Part shown: in pieces, positions 13,580 through 26,485 of the stretch
Layout: every line of letters begins with the position of its first letter
Position numbering within the stretch: the first letter of the stretch is position 1
Source: Octopus sinensis
Taxonomy: Eukaryota
Direction of reading: 5' to 3'
Length of the DNA: 64,000 nt
Assembly (NCBI RefSeq): GCF_006345805.1
Contig: NC_043001.1
Coordinates: 36,518,001 to 36,582,000 of the forward strand
Made by a program: the position numbers and the translations under genes
Notes under the pieces: model-generated
Told to the model about the DNA's origin: nothing
Databases searched by the model: none
What the model saw: the letters and a program-made list of their open reading frames with translations, nothing else

Positions 13580-14216
13580 CGAGGGGAGGCGCAATGGCCC
13601 AGTGGTTAGGGCAGCGGACTCGCGGTCATAGGATCGCGGTTTCGATTCCCAGACCGGGCGTTGTGAGTGTTTATTGAGCGAAAACACCTAAAGCTCCACC
13701 AGGCTCCGGCAGGGGATGGTGGTGATCCCTGCTGTACTCTTTCACCACAACTTTCTCTCACTCTTACTTCCTGTTTCTGTTGTACCTGTATTTCAAGGGG
13801 CCGGCCTTGTCACTCTCTGTGTCACGCTGAATATCCCCGAGAACTACGTTAAGGGTACACGTGTCTGTGGAGTGCTCAGCCACTTACACGTTAATTTCAC
13901 GAGCAGGCTGTTCTGTTGATTCGGATCAACCGGAACCCTCGTCGTCGTAACCGACGGAGTGCTTCCTCCTCCTCCTCCTCCTCCTCCATATACGAGGGGA
14001 CGTTGAAGAGTTCCTTCTTTTAAGGGTATCACGAAATGCTTAATTGAAGGCTCAGCATTCCGAGTTCTTTTACAGGGCTGAGAAAAATTGAAGGGGCGCT
14101 GCAATAAATGTGAAAATCTGAGAGGAATAAAATTATAATTGAATAAAATCAAAATTAATTGATCCTCCTCTATTTTCTTTTACCCAAGCCCAGGAACGTT
14201 TCAACACCCACTCCTG
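13580..14216 (+). mobile_element. Deleted mariner-like element interrupted by a SINE in its left TIR
   Basis: TA+CGAGGGGA/CGTTGAAGAGTTCC left end, CCAGGAACGTTTCAACACCCACTCCTG+TA right end; body matches 7732-7890 in reverse. Confidence 0.75.
13588..13986 (+). mobile_element. tRNA-derived SINE family C, full length with 14-bp TSD
   Basis: A-box TGGCCCAGTGG, B-box GGTTTCGATTCC, (CCT)n tail; TSD CATATACGAGGGGA at 13574-13587 and 13987-14000. Confidence 0.92.
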
Positions 14217-14314
14217 TATGTAGATAATTCGTTCTAACGGCTGATCAGAAAGAGCGTGAAGATATCGGATGAAAAAAGCCTGCTGATATATATGTATACA
14301 TATATATCAGTGCA

Positions 14315-14353
<39 letters not shown>

Positions 14354-14605
14354 AATGTGAGGATAAAATTCTTTTCGAAAAAAAAATTTTCTCGAAAAAA
14401 ATTTTATCAATGGTCAGCATATTAAAAAATACCTTTAACGGTTAAATTTATAAACAATTCATCAATGAGGACAAAGGAAAAATATTCTAATGCCAAATAT
14501 GCCGAGAAATTGGACATATTGTCCATTAACCATATAATTTTTTCACAATACGCACGCTACTCGAAAAAAGGTCGACAGAAATTTCTAAAAAATTCCATTA
14601 TTACC

Positions 14606-14660
14606 ATATCGGACCGATTTCAGACTTAGCTACTAAGAGCCCTCTCTTCGTCAGTGATAC
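14606..14660 (-). ncRNA. Decayed minimal hammerhead-ribozyme-like motif
   Basis: Minus strand GTATCA-CTGACGA-AGA..TCT-GAAAT-CG-GTC-CGATAT; C>T in GAAAC and one stem I mismatch. Confidence 0.4.
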
Positions 14661-14981
14661 ATGTGGCAAAAGAAATAAATGAGATACTTACTCATACCCA
14701 TGGGTATATATATATATATATGTCACAACCTGGGATCTTGAAGACTGCTATAATGCAAGAAAGTATACTCGTCCCTCAATATTTTATATTCAACATTTCA
14801 TCAATTCAATAAGACAATCAATACTTCATTTCATTTTACTATATATATATTATTTATACTATATATTCTATATTCTACATCAATATTATAAAGAATATAA
14901 ATAAAATATATTAAGAATATGTTGTCCATTGCTTATTTATACATGCTAGGCCACTGGTGGTGATATTTCTAAGAATATTCG

Positions 14982-15018
<37 letters not shown>

Positions 15019-15665
15019 GCGCGCGTGTGTGTGCTAAAATGAATTTTAGGCTGTTATTTTCAATGATAGGGATCTCCCTACTCAATACTTATTTGCCAAA
15101 TGACTTTTTACTGGGATTTCAAATTTTTCCTGATGCATTATTCAACTAGGCGGAATATATTCTGAGGAAAATCCTATAGGTCCGGCGAAAACTCAGCAGC
15201 GATTTTGCTTCCAGAAATAGTTACGCATGTAAGTATGTATTACATATTAGCACTCTAAACATTGCACTCAATGAAAATTATATTATCCTTGTTCATGATT
15301 TAAATGCTTCAATGTTATCCCTCTTGATGCAAGATTAGCATTCTGAGAAAGAGAAATATATTGATCGCACTTATTGCTGTAGTATAGCAATTTGTACCAA
15401 CAATCTTTCTGATTTTTTCTCTTTTTATATTTCGAGGATTAAACATTCACAAGATTTGAGATGACAGTGAGTGGTCTAAATGAAAAATATAATAAGAAAT
15501 GAAAAGGACAGATAAATAAAAGATAAACCCGTGTCAGATGAGCTATCCATAATGAATGACATATTTCGTAACGTTATTGAACGCGGTTGATCAAGCGCGA
15601 AGTATTCAGTTTTTCTCTAACGAGACAGCGGCATCTCCTTGACACGAATCTTGGACAATACTTAC

Positions 15666-15757
15666 AATATGGGATTTTTCGTACAAATCAGAGTAGATGG
15701 GAAATCTTCGAACGTATAGTGCATGCAAAGCATTGAGAGTTTCTTTGGTTAATACAA
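15666..15757 (-). CDS. Candidate internal exon of an unidentified host gene
   Basis: AG acceptor, GTAAGT donor, one open frame VVLTKETLNALHALYVRRFPIYSDLYEKSHI; no recognised homology. Confidence 0.2.
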
Positions 15758-15907
15758 CTAGTTGATATTAAAAGGATTTTGTAAATTCAATGCCTGATTT
15801 ATTCAAACATGTTACACCGACGCTTCCTACTTCTCCGTCTTTATTTCATATAAACGCACATATTTATACACGCACACAAACACGGACACACAAATATATA
15901 CATATAC

Positions 15908-15950
<43 letters not shown>

Positions 15951-17997
15951 ATATATACACGCACATATGGAATTTCATGTGTAGCGTGTGCATGTGTAAG
16001 CGCGTATATGTGTATGTGTCTGTGTGTATTTAAGGAAGTATGAGTGCCTAGCGCGTGATACGTCAGCAGTAAATTTTATGCAATGTGATTTCCACCATAT
16101 GTTGTGAAGTTTTGACAGATTTTCAACATTACTTGTCTTTAGTTAATGATTTTCAAAATGCAACCAATATCTTCTTATAATCAAATGTAAAACGATCCCA
16201 GTGTATTTTTTTTTTATTATTTTTATTTCACTTCAACTAACTCCTAGTAAGTTTCCATATTTTCTTTTACATTTCTTTACGTTATTTTTTCTTCTTTTTT
16301 TTCCCTTTCCCTTTCCCTCCCTTCATTCATAGAAATTAATTTCCCACTTGGTTGCTTTAGTGTGAATTGTAATTACTTCAGTGAGAATTCTAATTACTTT
16401 CGTTTGAAAAGCTTAATACTTCAGAGACTCGATGCTTTAATTAATTCTTTTATTTTAAAGATAATCATATCTGTGTTGAACTTGTCTTCAGTATCTTAGT
16501 CGATATATTCTTGCATTTGAATCAAACTGGAGCCTTCGTTACCTTATAATACAGTTTTCTCTTTATCACTGTTGTTAACAGTAAAGCAGTGAAGATTGTT
16601 GTCCTTCGGTGATACTTTGATCACTAAATGAATAAACCAATTACCCGTTAATGCTGAAATTATTCACTCCAAAGACATAAATGTAGAACTTTTGACTGGC
16701 GCCCCTTACGCTTTTGGTTAGCTCCTATTTTAACCATCTCAGGCAATTGTTTTTGATTTCTAGTTGTAACCATTTCTTATATGTTGCAAATATCCTTGTT
16801 GAAAAACTAGCATAGTCATAAAAAACTATGACCAGCATAGTCATAAAAAATCAGATAAAACTACTATAGTCAAAACTAGCATAAATTGTAATGAAGAACG
16901 TCCGAGAGTCCTTGCTAATGTTAACATTCTAAAATCTGTGTATAGTAAATACAAGGTGGTGAAGAATTCTTAGGAATAAATGGTAACCCGTTTCTAACTA
17001 TTGCTTTATCCTGTGGAATTCAGGTACCTACATTATTGATATTATTTCCAGCAATCAGTTATTGATAACACAGGCACTAATGAAATATTATCACATCATA
17101 CCGCAATAAAACACACACACCATACTAGCACACATGTCACAATAACACACACACACACATAACATTCCCATAAAACCAAACACACACAAAATAAACCCAC
17201 ACACCACAAGTTACAGAACATATTTCCAAAAAACAAAAACATATATGCACACATATACACCATCAAACAAAAATATATACCGCTAAAAATACCACATATA
17301 CACATGTCTACCACTTATACACACACACATATATGCCACATACATATACACCACACACATATACCACACAAAACATTACACACTACAAAGTACAAACACA
17401 CACCCCATTCTTTAGCAAATTCAAACCACAACTAAATATCTAAACACACACAATAAGGATCTGTCGCACACATACACACACATACACACACAAAACATTA
17501 CCCATCCTTTGAATGACCATCCTTAAAAAAGCCACTTAACCACTGACCATATTCTCTCAATAGAAAAAAGAAAGATCTGACAATATATTCCAAAATAACA
17601 CACATAGACAAAAAGCTGACCGTAACTGGAATAGAAACTGACTATTCAATTCAAAATATTTCTTTTCAATAGAAATTCCCGAAACCTTAAGTCGTGAACC
17701 CCACCTCAAATCTTACATAGACAAAACATATATAAGAAGTGACTCCGAAGTAAAATTTCACTATGCACTAAATTTCAAACATGGGTAAAAACTGTTAACC
17801 ACCAATTTTTTTGTCTTTGTCTTTCAAAAAGATTCTTTTGGAAATTTGATAAGATGGATACATAGAAAACGCTTATATTTTAACTCACTCACTATAACAA
17901 AACTATTAAACATCCTCTAAAATATAAGTTTGTGTCTTTTCCAACTTTGTTTTTTTAACCATAATTTTAATCTGTATGGACTCTTAAGCTTTTTTCA

Positions 17998-18057
<60 letters not shown>

Positions 18058-18490
18058 AATAATAGTAGGGAATATAATTCCAAACTTACAGGGAAAAATT
18101 CAATTTACCAATTCTAAATCAAATTTACAATATATAATATATGTATATAGTGTTTATTCAATTTAGTAATTTTGGGAAATAATTTTTATCATAGTATATT
18201 TAATTTTTTTCTATATGATATGGATAATGTCTTTCACTATTGAATTACTTAATAGAGGTTATTTCTCTCAATTATACACAAACGCACACACACACACATA
18301 TGTATATAGGATATGAGGAGTTTTCGTCAGGATGACTCAAACTAGTAGGTATGCCTTTCGAGTGCTCAAATACGTATGCCACCAAAATTCCTGTTTGAAC
18401 AGCAGTTGAGGTTGAGGTTTTGTGATTGTCTTGTTGAAAACTGCTAACGGTGGCTTCCCTTTGAGTCAGTAGGTGTAGGTTAAAGCAGTC

Positions 18491-18728
18491 AGGAAAGCAA
18501 ACAATTAGGGGAGGCATGGCAATGACATTTAATTTCATTTAACTCAATCTAATTTAGCTACATAACGAATGGTAAAATAGTAAATGGTAAAATAATGGTA
18601 AAATAATAAAAAAAAAGTTTAAAAAACCCATTATTTACTATTTTACCATTCGTTATTTATCTAAATTAGATTGAATTAAATGAAATTAAATGTCCTTGTC
18701 ATGACATTCCTAATTGTTTGTCTTTCCT
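18491..18728. repeat. Fold-back (inverted repeat) element
   Basis: Arms of about 100 bp at 18491-18590 and 18628-18728 (GACATTTAATTTCATTTAA.TCAATCTAATTTAG and its reverse complement). Confidence 0.85.
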
Positions 18729-18739
18729 CACTACTATAT

Positions 18740-18777
<38 letters not shown>

Positions 18778-18778
18778 A

Positions 18779-19180
18779 TCTACGGAGAGCTTGCTAGGGG
18801 TACTAGGTCTGGGGTAGGCCGATCTTACGTTACAAGGATGTTTGCAAAAGGACATGAAGGCCTGCAACATCAATATTAGCGGTTGGGAGGCAGTTGCCCG
18901 CAACCGTGGCGAATGGCGACGTACCGTAAAAGAGGGAATACAAAGGAGTGACAGAGAGAGAGAGGGGAAATGGAAAGAAAAGAAGAGACGTCAACAAGAA
19001 ACTATGGCATTACAACCAGCCAGGAACAGTATTCGCTACATTTGCGGGAGTGTTTGTCCAGGATAGGACTACACAGCCACAGCAGGAAATGTATCAGGAC
19101 ATGAAATGTAAAAGCCGGACTAGACTACTTTATGCGCAACTCCATTGTCTCCCGAGACAAAAAGGATGCCAACAATAATA
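18779..19180 (+). mobile_element. RTE/BovB-like LINE 3' end
   Basis: YGELARG.. then LRYKDVCKRDMKACNINISGWEAVARNRGEWRRTVKEG across frameshifts; 3' UTR CTCCATTGTCTCCCGAGAC and (CAA/TAA) tail. Confidence 0.85.
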
Positions 19181-19661
19181 TAATATAATATATATATATA
19201 ATAATAATAATATATATGTATATACAGAGAGAGAGAGAGGGAGAGAGAGAAAGAGAGAGAGGGAGAGAGAGAGAGAAAGAAAGACAGACAGACAGACAAA
19301 CGGACGCACATACTTACACACGCGCGTGTGCGTATGTGAGTATGAGTGTATATGTGTGTGTATGTGAGTGTGTGTGGCGTGTGTGAGTGTGTGTGTGTGT
19401 ATGTGTGTGTTCGTGTGTGTGAGTAAACCTATGGAATGCATTATTGAGCTATATTAAACAGTCAAATTTGGTATGAATATATCAGTACAGGAGTTAATGT
19501 TTTTGTGACATCATTTCACTAGTAACAGCACCCTAAGTAACTCAAATATCATTTTGGTTATCTTACCTTTACTTTATACTAATATAAGGTGATCTAGAAA
19601 TGATGCGAGCAAGAACAGTATTTTCCTCATTTGTAAATAGTAGATGTCTCTCTCTCTCTCT

Positions 19662-19730
19662 CGCTCTTTTAAAGCCTAGCTAGGCTCATGGGTCAGGTTT
19701 CCCAGTATCTTGGTTTCTATGGCGTATGTG
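19662..19730 (-). mobile_element. 3' tail fragment of the SINE at 26058-26358
   Basis: Reverse complement ..CCCATGAGCCTAGCTAGGCTTTAAAAG matches 26325-26355. Confidence 0.7.
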
Positions 19731-20968
19731 TGCTTTCTATGGCGTGTCTGCGGCGTGTTTACGTCTGTATGAAACTAAAAAGATGGACGGTCATAAACTG
19801 ATCTATCAGGAACGAGCTAGATTAAACAACAACAAAATTAGACTACACGACAGAGAGGGTCCTTTAAAGAATATAGTCGACATACTCTATTTAACAGTCA
19901 AATCTTAGTAAATGGCTATACCAGTTTTAAATTTTGAAACAACTTCCAAAAATAGTGTCACTAAAGAGATAACTTTACCAGTAGAAACTCAGATATTAGT
20001 TTGTTTGCTTCTTCCAGTCAACTGTTTAGTGTGTTCTAGATTTGCTGACAGAGTTGATGTGAGATACATAACTACAAAAGCAATAGCATACTAAGTCAAT
20101 AAGTCAATATAATTTATTTGCATTCAGATCGACACTAATTGCTACAGATCTTTTAGCTTTATCACATCTCGCAGGTGGTTTACTTAAAGAAAAGAAACTC
20201 CTCTCAAGTTGCCGACCTTGTTTAAATAAACAAGTCACTCTATTTTCTTGCTTTCTAACACGTCATTTACTTTGTTTATTTTTCATTCATTCATATATAA
20301 CCGTCTAACAGGAGAATACTTTTTTTCTATGTGAGGACGACTATTCTTCGGAGCCCTATACAACAACTGTATGCATACAAAAGCTAGTATGTTCATTAGC
20401 ACCGTTAAAACGGTATCAAATATCCATGAAAGTTCTCCGCCCTATGCGAAAGGGTAACGTGTTAAGTTGTCAAGTTAGTGGACCTATCAACACCAACAAT
20501 TTACTTACGGCCGATATAAAACACTGTCTGTATTTACTGAAATTTCTCTATAATTTACGGAACAATACTTCTTCAATAGCAAAACCCTATTTTATGTTTG
20601 TGGGCGGCAGCGGAGATAATTCTCAAGTTTTTAATACAACGAGAAATTCGTTTCCATTCATTCTTAACATTTATTGTTGGAAAGAAATAAACTGAAGTTG
20701 TATAGTGTTATTCTGTGTAGTATTATAGAGCGTTGTTGTATTGTGTGCTGCTAAATTTGCGATAAATGAAATCATGACCTGGTTTGGATTCTAGGCTGGA
20801 ATAGCTTCATGCCCGGTAGAGAAGATAGGAATATCTTAGTTTTCTACTTTCTCTTCAGTAAATCTCAGTCAACACACCCACACTCGCATACACACATCGA
20901 TGTAAACATACATTAATACATATATACACACGTACATACATACATACATACAAGCACACTCACGACAC

Positions 20969-21005
<37 letters not shown>

Positions 21006-21009
<4 letters not shown>

Positions 21010-21144
21010 ATTGTATTGGCATCCTTTCTGTCTCGGGAGACAATGGAGTTGCGCATTTTTTTTTTTTTTTTTTTCTAGGTCTAGTCCGGCTGTTATATTT
21101 TATTTCCTGTTACATTTCTTGCTGTGGCTGTGTAGTCCTATCCT

Positions 21145-21149
<5 letters not shown>
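21006..21149 (-). mobile_element. Short 5'-truncated copy of the RTE at 18779-19180
   Basis: Reverse complement matches 19055-19171, with an internal poly(A) of about 20 nt and an (AATAC)n tail. Confidence 0.85.
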
Positions 21150-21193
<44 letters not shown>

Positions 21194-21199
21194 TTCATT

Positions 21200-21334
21200 A
21201 AAATTTAGATTCAGATGAATATGGTACTTAGTTAAAGGCACCAGAATTTAGTATGGTATTATCCATATAATTCAAAATGAGTTGATTATAATCAAAATAA
21301 GCAACAAGGATATCCTTGTTGCTTATTTTGATTA
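21200..21334. repeat. Fold-back family X copy ending in a perfect 46-bp palindrome
   Basis: TAATCAAAATAAGCAACAAGGAT/ATCCTTGTTGCTTATTTTGATTA at 21289-21334. Confidence 0.9.
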
Positions 21335-21952
21335 CATATATGTATATATGTATGTCTCCTTGTAAATGCATATACATATGTGTCTGTGCACATATATGTA
21401 TGGATGGATCTACATGTGTGTGTGTGTGTGTGTGTGTCCGTTTGTGCGCGCGTGCAAGTGTATATTGGTAAGATCTGTAGGAAATTTGGCAAACTCTAGC
21501 TTTTTCGCACTTTGTTTTCAGATCAAATCTCGCTGAATTCGATATTGCTTTTCATTTCTGCCACATTAATGAAATAATTACCAGTTAATTATCGCTGCTG
21601 ATTTAATCAATTATAACAATGTTTTAAGTCTCTGCTCTTCCGCCACATATCGCATTGATATCATTAAATAATCTATGATAGTGGACAATGAATCCGACGT
21701 AGGGAAGAGGATTATTAAAATCGTAAAGAATCAGACACAATATTATTCACAATTCCATTATGTTATATTTCATTACGTTATTTTTCACTATATCTTGAGT
21801 TCAAATCTCACGGAGATCGACTTCTTTTCTTTCCTTCTGGGGACAAGCATCACTTTAAACAACGCTACCTCATCATTGCTATTTATATGACATTAAGGTT
21901 TTTAGTGTTAACAGGAACATCTCAATGGCAAGCTATATGCTTTAATTAGCAA

Positions 21953-23352
21953 TGATTTCAAATTTTTGCAACAAGGACAGCTTAGGAGAGGGGGTTGAGT
22001 CGATTACATCGACCCCAGTGCGTAACTAGTACTTATTTAATCGACCATGAAAGGATGAAAGGTAAAGTCGACCTCGGGAGAATTTGAACTCAGATCGTAA
22101 CGATGGGCGAAATACCGATAAGCATTTCGCCCGGTGCGCTAACGATTCTGCCAGCTCGTCGCCTTATTCTTTAACTAGTAATATTGGTTTCATATTTTGG
22201 CCAAAGGCCGGCAGTTTCAAGTGGTGGCTAAGTCAGTTAAATCGGTCCCAGTGCTCAACTGGTACTTATTTTATCGACACCGCGAGTATGAAGGGCGTGT
22301 ATGAACGTAAAGACGGACGAAATGCCGCGAAGCACTTGCTCGGCGTGCTAAAGATTCTGCCAGTTCACCAACTATTATTGTTTTCTGTAGTTTCTGCTCA
22401 GAGCTGCGGCCATGCTGATGCACCGCCGTTTAGTAAGTGAAAAACCATCTGGTTCTGCTCAGGACAGTATTGAATCCTGGCCAGAAACTCCAGTATGTTC
22501 TTTGCTGCTGGTTACCTACACCTTTACTTAGAAGGCTACCTAGACTCCAAGTGTAATATTGATTTTAAATTTAGGCACAAGGCCAGCAATTTCGAGGAGG
22601 GGTTAAATCGTTTACATTGACACCAGTGTTCAATTGGTTCTTATTTTATCGACCTCTGAAAGGATGAAAGGCAAAAATCAAGCTCGGTGGAATTTGAACG
22701 CAGAATATAAAGCCGGATGAAATGCTGGTAAGCATTTCATCCGGCGTGTTAACGAACCTGCGAGTTCGCCGCCTAAGAATTTAACTAGTAATATTGATGT
22801 TAGTATTGCGGCATTTCGTCCGTATGTACGTTCGGATTTCAAATTCCAATGAGGTCGATTTTGTCTTTCATCCATTCAGGACAGGTAAAATAATTACCAG
22901 TTGAGCACTGGGGGTCGATGTAAACAACTTAGCCCCTCTCTTGAATTTGCTAGCTCTTGCGCCAAAATTTGAAATCATTATTGATATCGGTATATGGCGG
23001 CCTCACTTCATCTCTCATCGATCCAGATTTATGATCAAAACTGTTCGAGTAGCAAATATCTCATATATTTACAATCATGAAGGATGGCGTTATCTAACGA
23101 GTACTTCCTTATTTAAGACAATCAATAATTTCAAGTTCTGCTTCTTGCTTCTAGTAAAGGACGAGCGAACACGTAGCGATTAACCTTATTATTATTTAAT
23201 TTGGCGGATATTTTATGCCTCTCATCATCAGTCAAATTCCAGGCGTTGGTTTAGTTGAATGGATAGCACGCTTGGATAATTACTTGGCAGCATTTCTTCC
23301 GACTTTACGTTCTGAGTTCAAATTCCATCGAGTTCGACTTTACCAATCATCC
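21953..23352. mobile_element. Cluster of five SINE family A copies in mixed orientation
   Basis: Copies at about 21953-22165(-), 22181-22360(-), 22556-22775(-), 22808-22985(+) and 23255-23352(+). Confidence 0.85.
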
Positions 23353-23356
23353 TTAG

Positions 23357-23878
23357 ATCGAACCCAGTACGCAACTGTTACTTAATTTATCGACCCCCGA
23401 AAGGATGAAAGGCAAAGCTGACCTCGGCAGAATTTGAATTCAGAATGTAGCGACAGACGAAATACCTAATTCTTTACTACCCACAAGGAGCTAAACACAG
23501 AGAGGACAAACAAGGACACACAAACGGATTAAGTCGATTATATCGACGCCAGTGCGCAACTGGTACTTAATTTATCGACCCCGAAAGGATGAAAGGCAAA
23601 GTTGACCTCGGCAGAATTTGAACTCAGAACGTAGTGACAGACGAAATACCAATTTCTTTACTACCCACAAGGGGCCAAACACAGAGAGGAGAAACAAGAA
23701 CAGACAAACGGATTAAGTCGATTATATCGACCCCAGTGCGTAGCTGCTACTTAATTTATCGACCCAGAAAGGATGAAAAGCAAAGTCAACCTCAGCAGAA
23801 TGTGTACACAGAACGTAACGGCAGACGAAATACCGCTAAGCATTTCTCTCAGCGTGCTAACGATTCTGCCAGCTCGCC
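23357..23878 (-). mobile_element. SINE family A tandem multimer (one head plus about 2.6 units, period 184 bp)
   Basis: ACGAAATACC at 23457, 23641 and 23825; A-box head only once, at 23836-23878. Confidence 0.9.
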
Positions 23879-24434
23879 ATCTTTGGGTTCGATATAATCA
23901 GCTGACCTGCTCCTCACCAAAATTTCAGGCCTTATCCTAAGAGTAGATACGATATCAGCCAGTTTCGTCTTTCATTCCTCCAAAAGTAAATAAACGCCAT
24001 AGCAGTCCAAAATAACCAAAAACGATCCCTAACTGTAAAGTTTTGAAGAAGTGAGATTTAAAATCGTTTATTTTTTTTCAACTAACTTTGTATAAGTGGA
24101 TGTTTGGCGCCAAGATGGAATAATAGTTGGATTTTAGCTTTTAGATATAGAATAAACAAAATCTCATTAGTAAAGTAAGTAGTTTAAGATTATTTCAATA
24201 TATCATGCGATAGAATCATTTATATTATAGCTATGAAATTACGAAATGAAATCTTTATTTATCTTCATTTCTTTATTTTTTTCCCCTTTCTATCTGCAAT
24301 TTCCTTCTTTTCTTTATTGGGTTTGTCTAATAAATGAACATAAATCTTTCTTTTTGGAGAAATAATCACATAGTTCATTCCTCTGGCAGAAATATCCACA
24401 AATACATACACAATCGTAAGGCCTATCAAATATT

Positions 24435-24470
<36 letters not shown>

Positions 24471-24491
24471 ACACAAAAAAAAACACACATT

Positions 24492-24549
<58 letters not shown>

Positions 24550-24801
24550 GACATATATACCCACAATCGTAAGGCCTATCAAATGATAATACATACAGAT
24601 GTGTGTGTGTGTGCGTGTGTGTGTGCAGGTGTGTGTATGTATATATGTACATATATATACATATCAATGTAAGTGAAATCAAGCTACTGTGTGTGGCATG
24701 TGCGTGTGTGTATTTGCATGTGTGTTTGTGAATGTGTGAGTGTGTACATGCACGCATGCGAATATGTATTAATGTATGCATATATGACTATATCCATGCA
24801 A

Positions 24802-24874
<73 letters not shown>

Positions 24875-25014
24875 CATCTTGGTATATATGTATGTGCATA
24901 TGTATATATATATATTTATGTATATACGCACATATATAATACATAGTATATAAAATGCATCTCTCTCTCTTTAATTATATATATATATAATATATATATA
25001 TAATATATATATAT

Positions 25015-25046
<32 letters not shown>

Positions 25047-25410
25047 CATATACATACATACATAATACACATATATATATATATGTATATATATAGGTAT
25101 AGATATACATACATAGATACATATGCACATATATATATATAATATATATATATATATATTATATATTATACTTACACAAATCCACACTTGAGTGTGTATG
25201 TGTTCATGTGCAAGGAGTATGCGTTTGCATAATTTGTGAATGTACTTGTTTGACTGGTTATAATTGTCTGCGTGTTACGTTACAACGTTTGTTAGTTTCT
25301 AAGTTTTGTATGTGGTCGGTAACTAATGATTTATTTATCTTTAGAATTGGAGGTTAACATGTTCCTAACTGTAGTCATATAAATATCTCTCTGTGTGCGT
25401 GTGTGCCTAC

Positions 25411-25442
<32 letters not shown>

Positions 25443-26057
25443 TCCGATTCTGGAATTGCAGAGGTTATTAGCATTCAAGAGGCTAGGGAGCACACTGGCC
25501 AATATTTTATGACAACTCTTCACATAGCAGCAGGACGCGTTATGAGACTTTGTATAAGGGCCCATATAAAATTAACATTCAGTTCTAGACGCATATATCT
25601 TCCTAGATGTTTATGTATCGATATTTATATGTGCATAATAATTAAATTCAAGGCAGATATATATATTTGGATATATACATACATACCAACACACAGACGC
25701 ATTTATGTATGTATGTATGTATGTATGTATGTATGTATGTATGTATGTATGTATGTATGTATGTATGTATGTATGTATGTATGCATGTATGTATGTATGT
25801 ATGTGTGTGTGTGTATGTGTGTGTGTCTGTGTCTGTGTGCGCCTGTGTGTACTTGTCTGTGTGCGCCTGTGTGTACTTGTCTGTGTGTCTGACGTTTGTG
25901 CGTGTGAATTTAAATCTCTTTTGAAGATTCATTTCAGATTATATACACACACGGAGTTATGCATATTCACTCTTACAGTTTTTGTGTGCATGTTTGTTTG
26001 GCATATATATGTGTGTGTGTGGGTGTGTGTATGTGTGTGTGTGTGTGTGTGTGTGAA

Positions 26058-26358
26058 GGCGCAATGACCCAGTGATTAGGGCAGCGGACTCGCGGTCTGA
26101 GGATCGCGGTTTCGATTCCCAGACCGAGCGTTTTGTGTGTTTATTGAGCGAAAATACCTAAAAAGCTCCACGACGCTCCGGCAGGGGGGCGTGGCGACCA
26201 CTGTTGTATTCTTTCGCCCCTACTTTCCCTCACTCTTTCTTCCTGCTCCTTGAGTGACGCTGCAATGGACTGGCGTCCTGTCCAGCTGGGGGGAACACTT
26301 ACGCTACAGAAACCGGGAAACAAGCCCCATGAGCCTGGCTAGGCTTGAAAAGGGCGCA
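26058..26358 (+). mobile_element. SINE sharing the family C head and central part but with a different 3' half
   Basis: First ~170 bp align with 13588-13760, then diverge into GCAATGGACTGGCGTCCTGTCCAG..CTACAGAAACCGGGAAAC. Confidence 0.85.
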
Positions 26359-26399
26359 TAAATACAATATATATACATTAATATACAGACTCATACACA

Positions 26400-26400
26400 C

Positions 26401-26485
<85 letters not shown>

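Noticed and set aside
15160-15205. CTGAGGA...GAAAA hammerhead-like motif
   Set aside because: Stem II does not close and stem I has at most 2 pairs
17096-17500. C/A-rich 400-bp segment
   Set aside because: Looks like a decayed (CA)n microsatellite with no higher-order period
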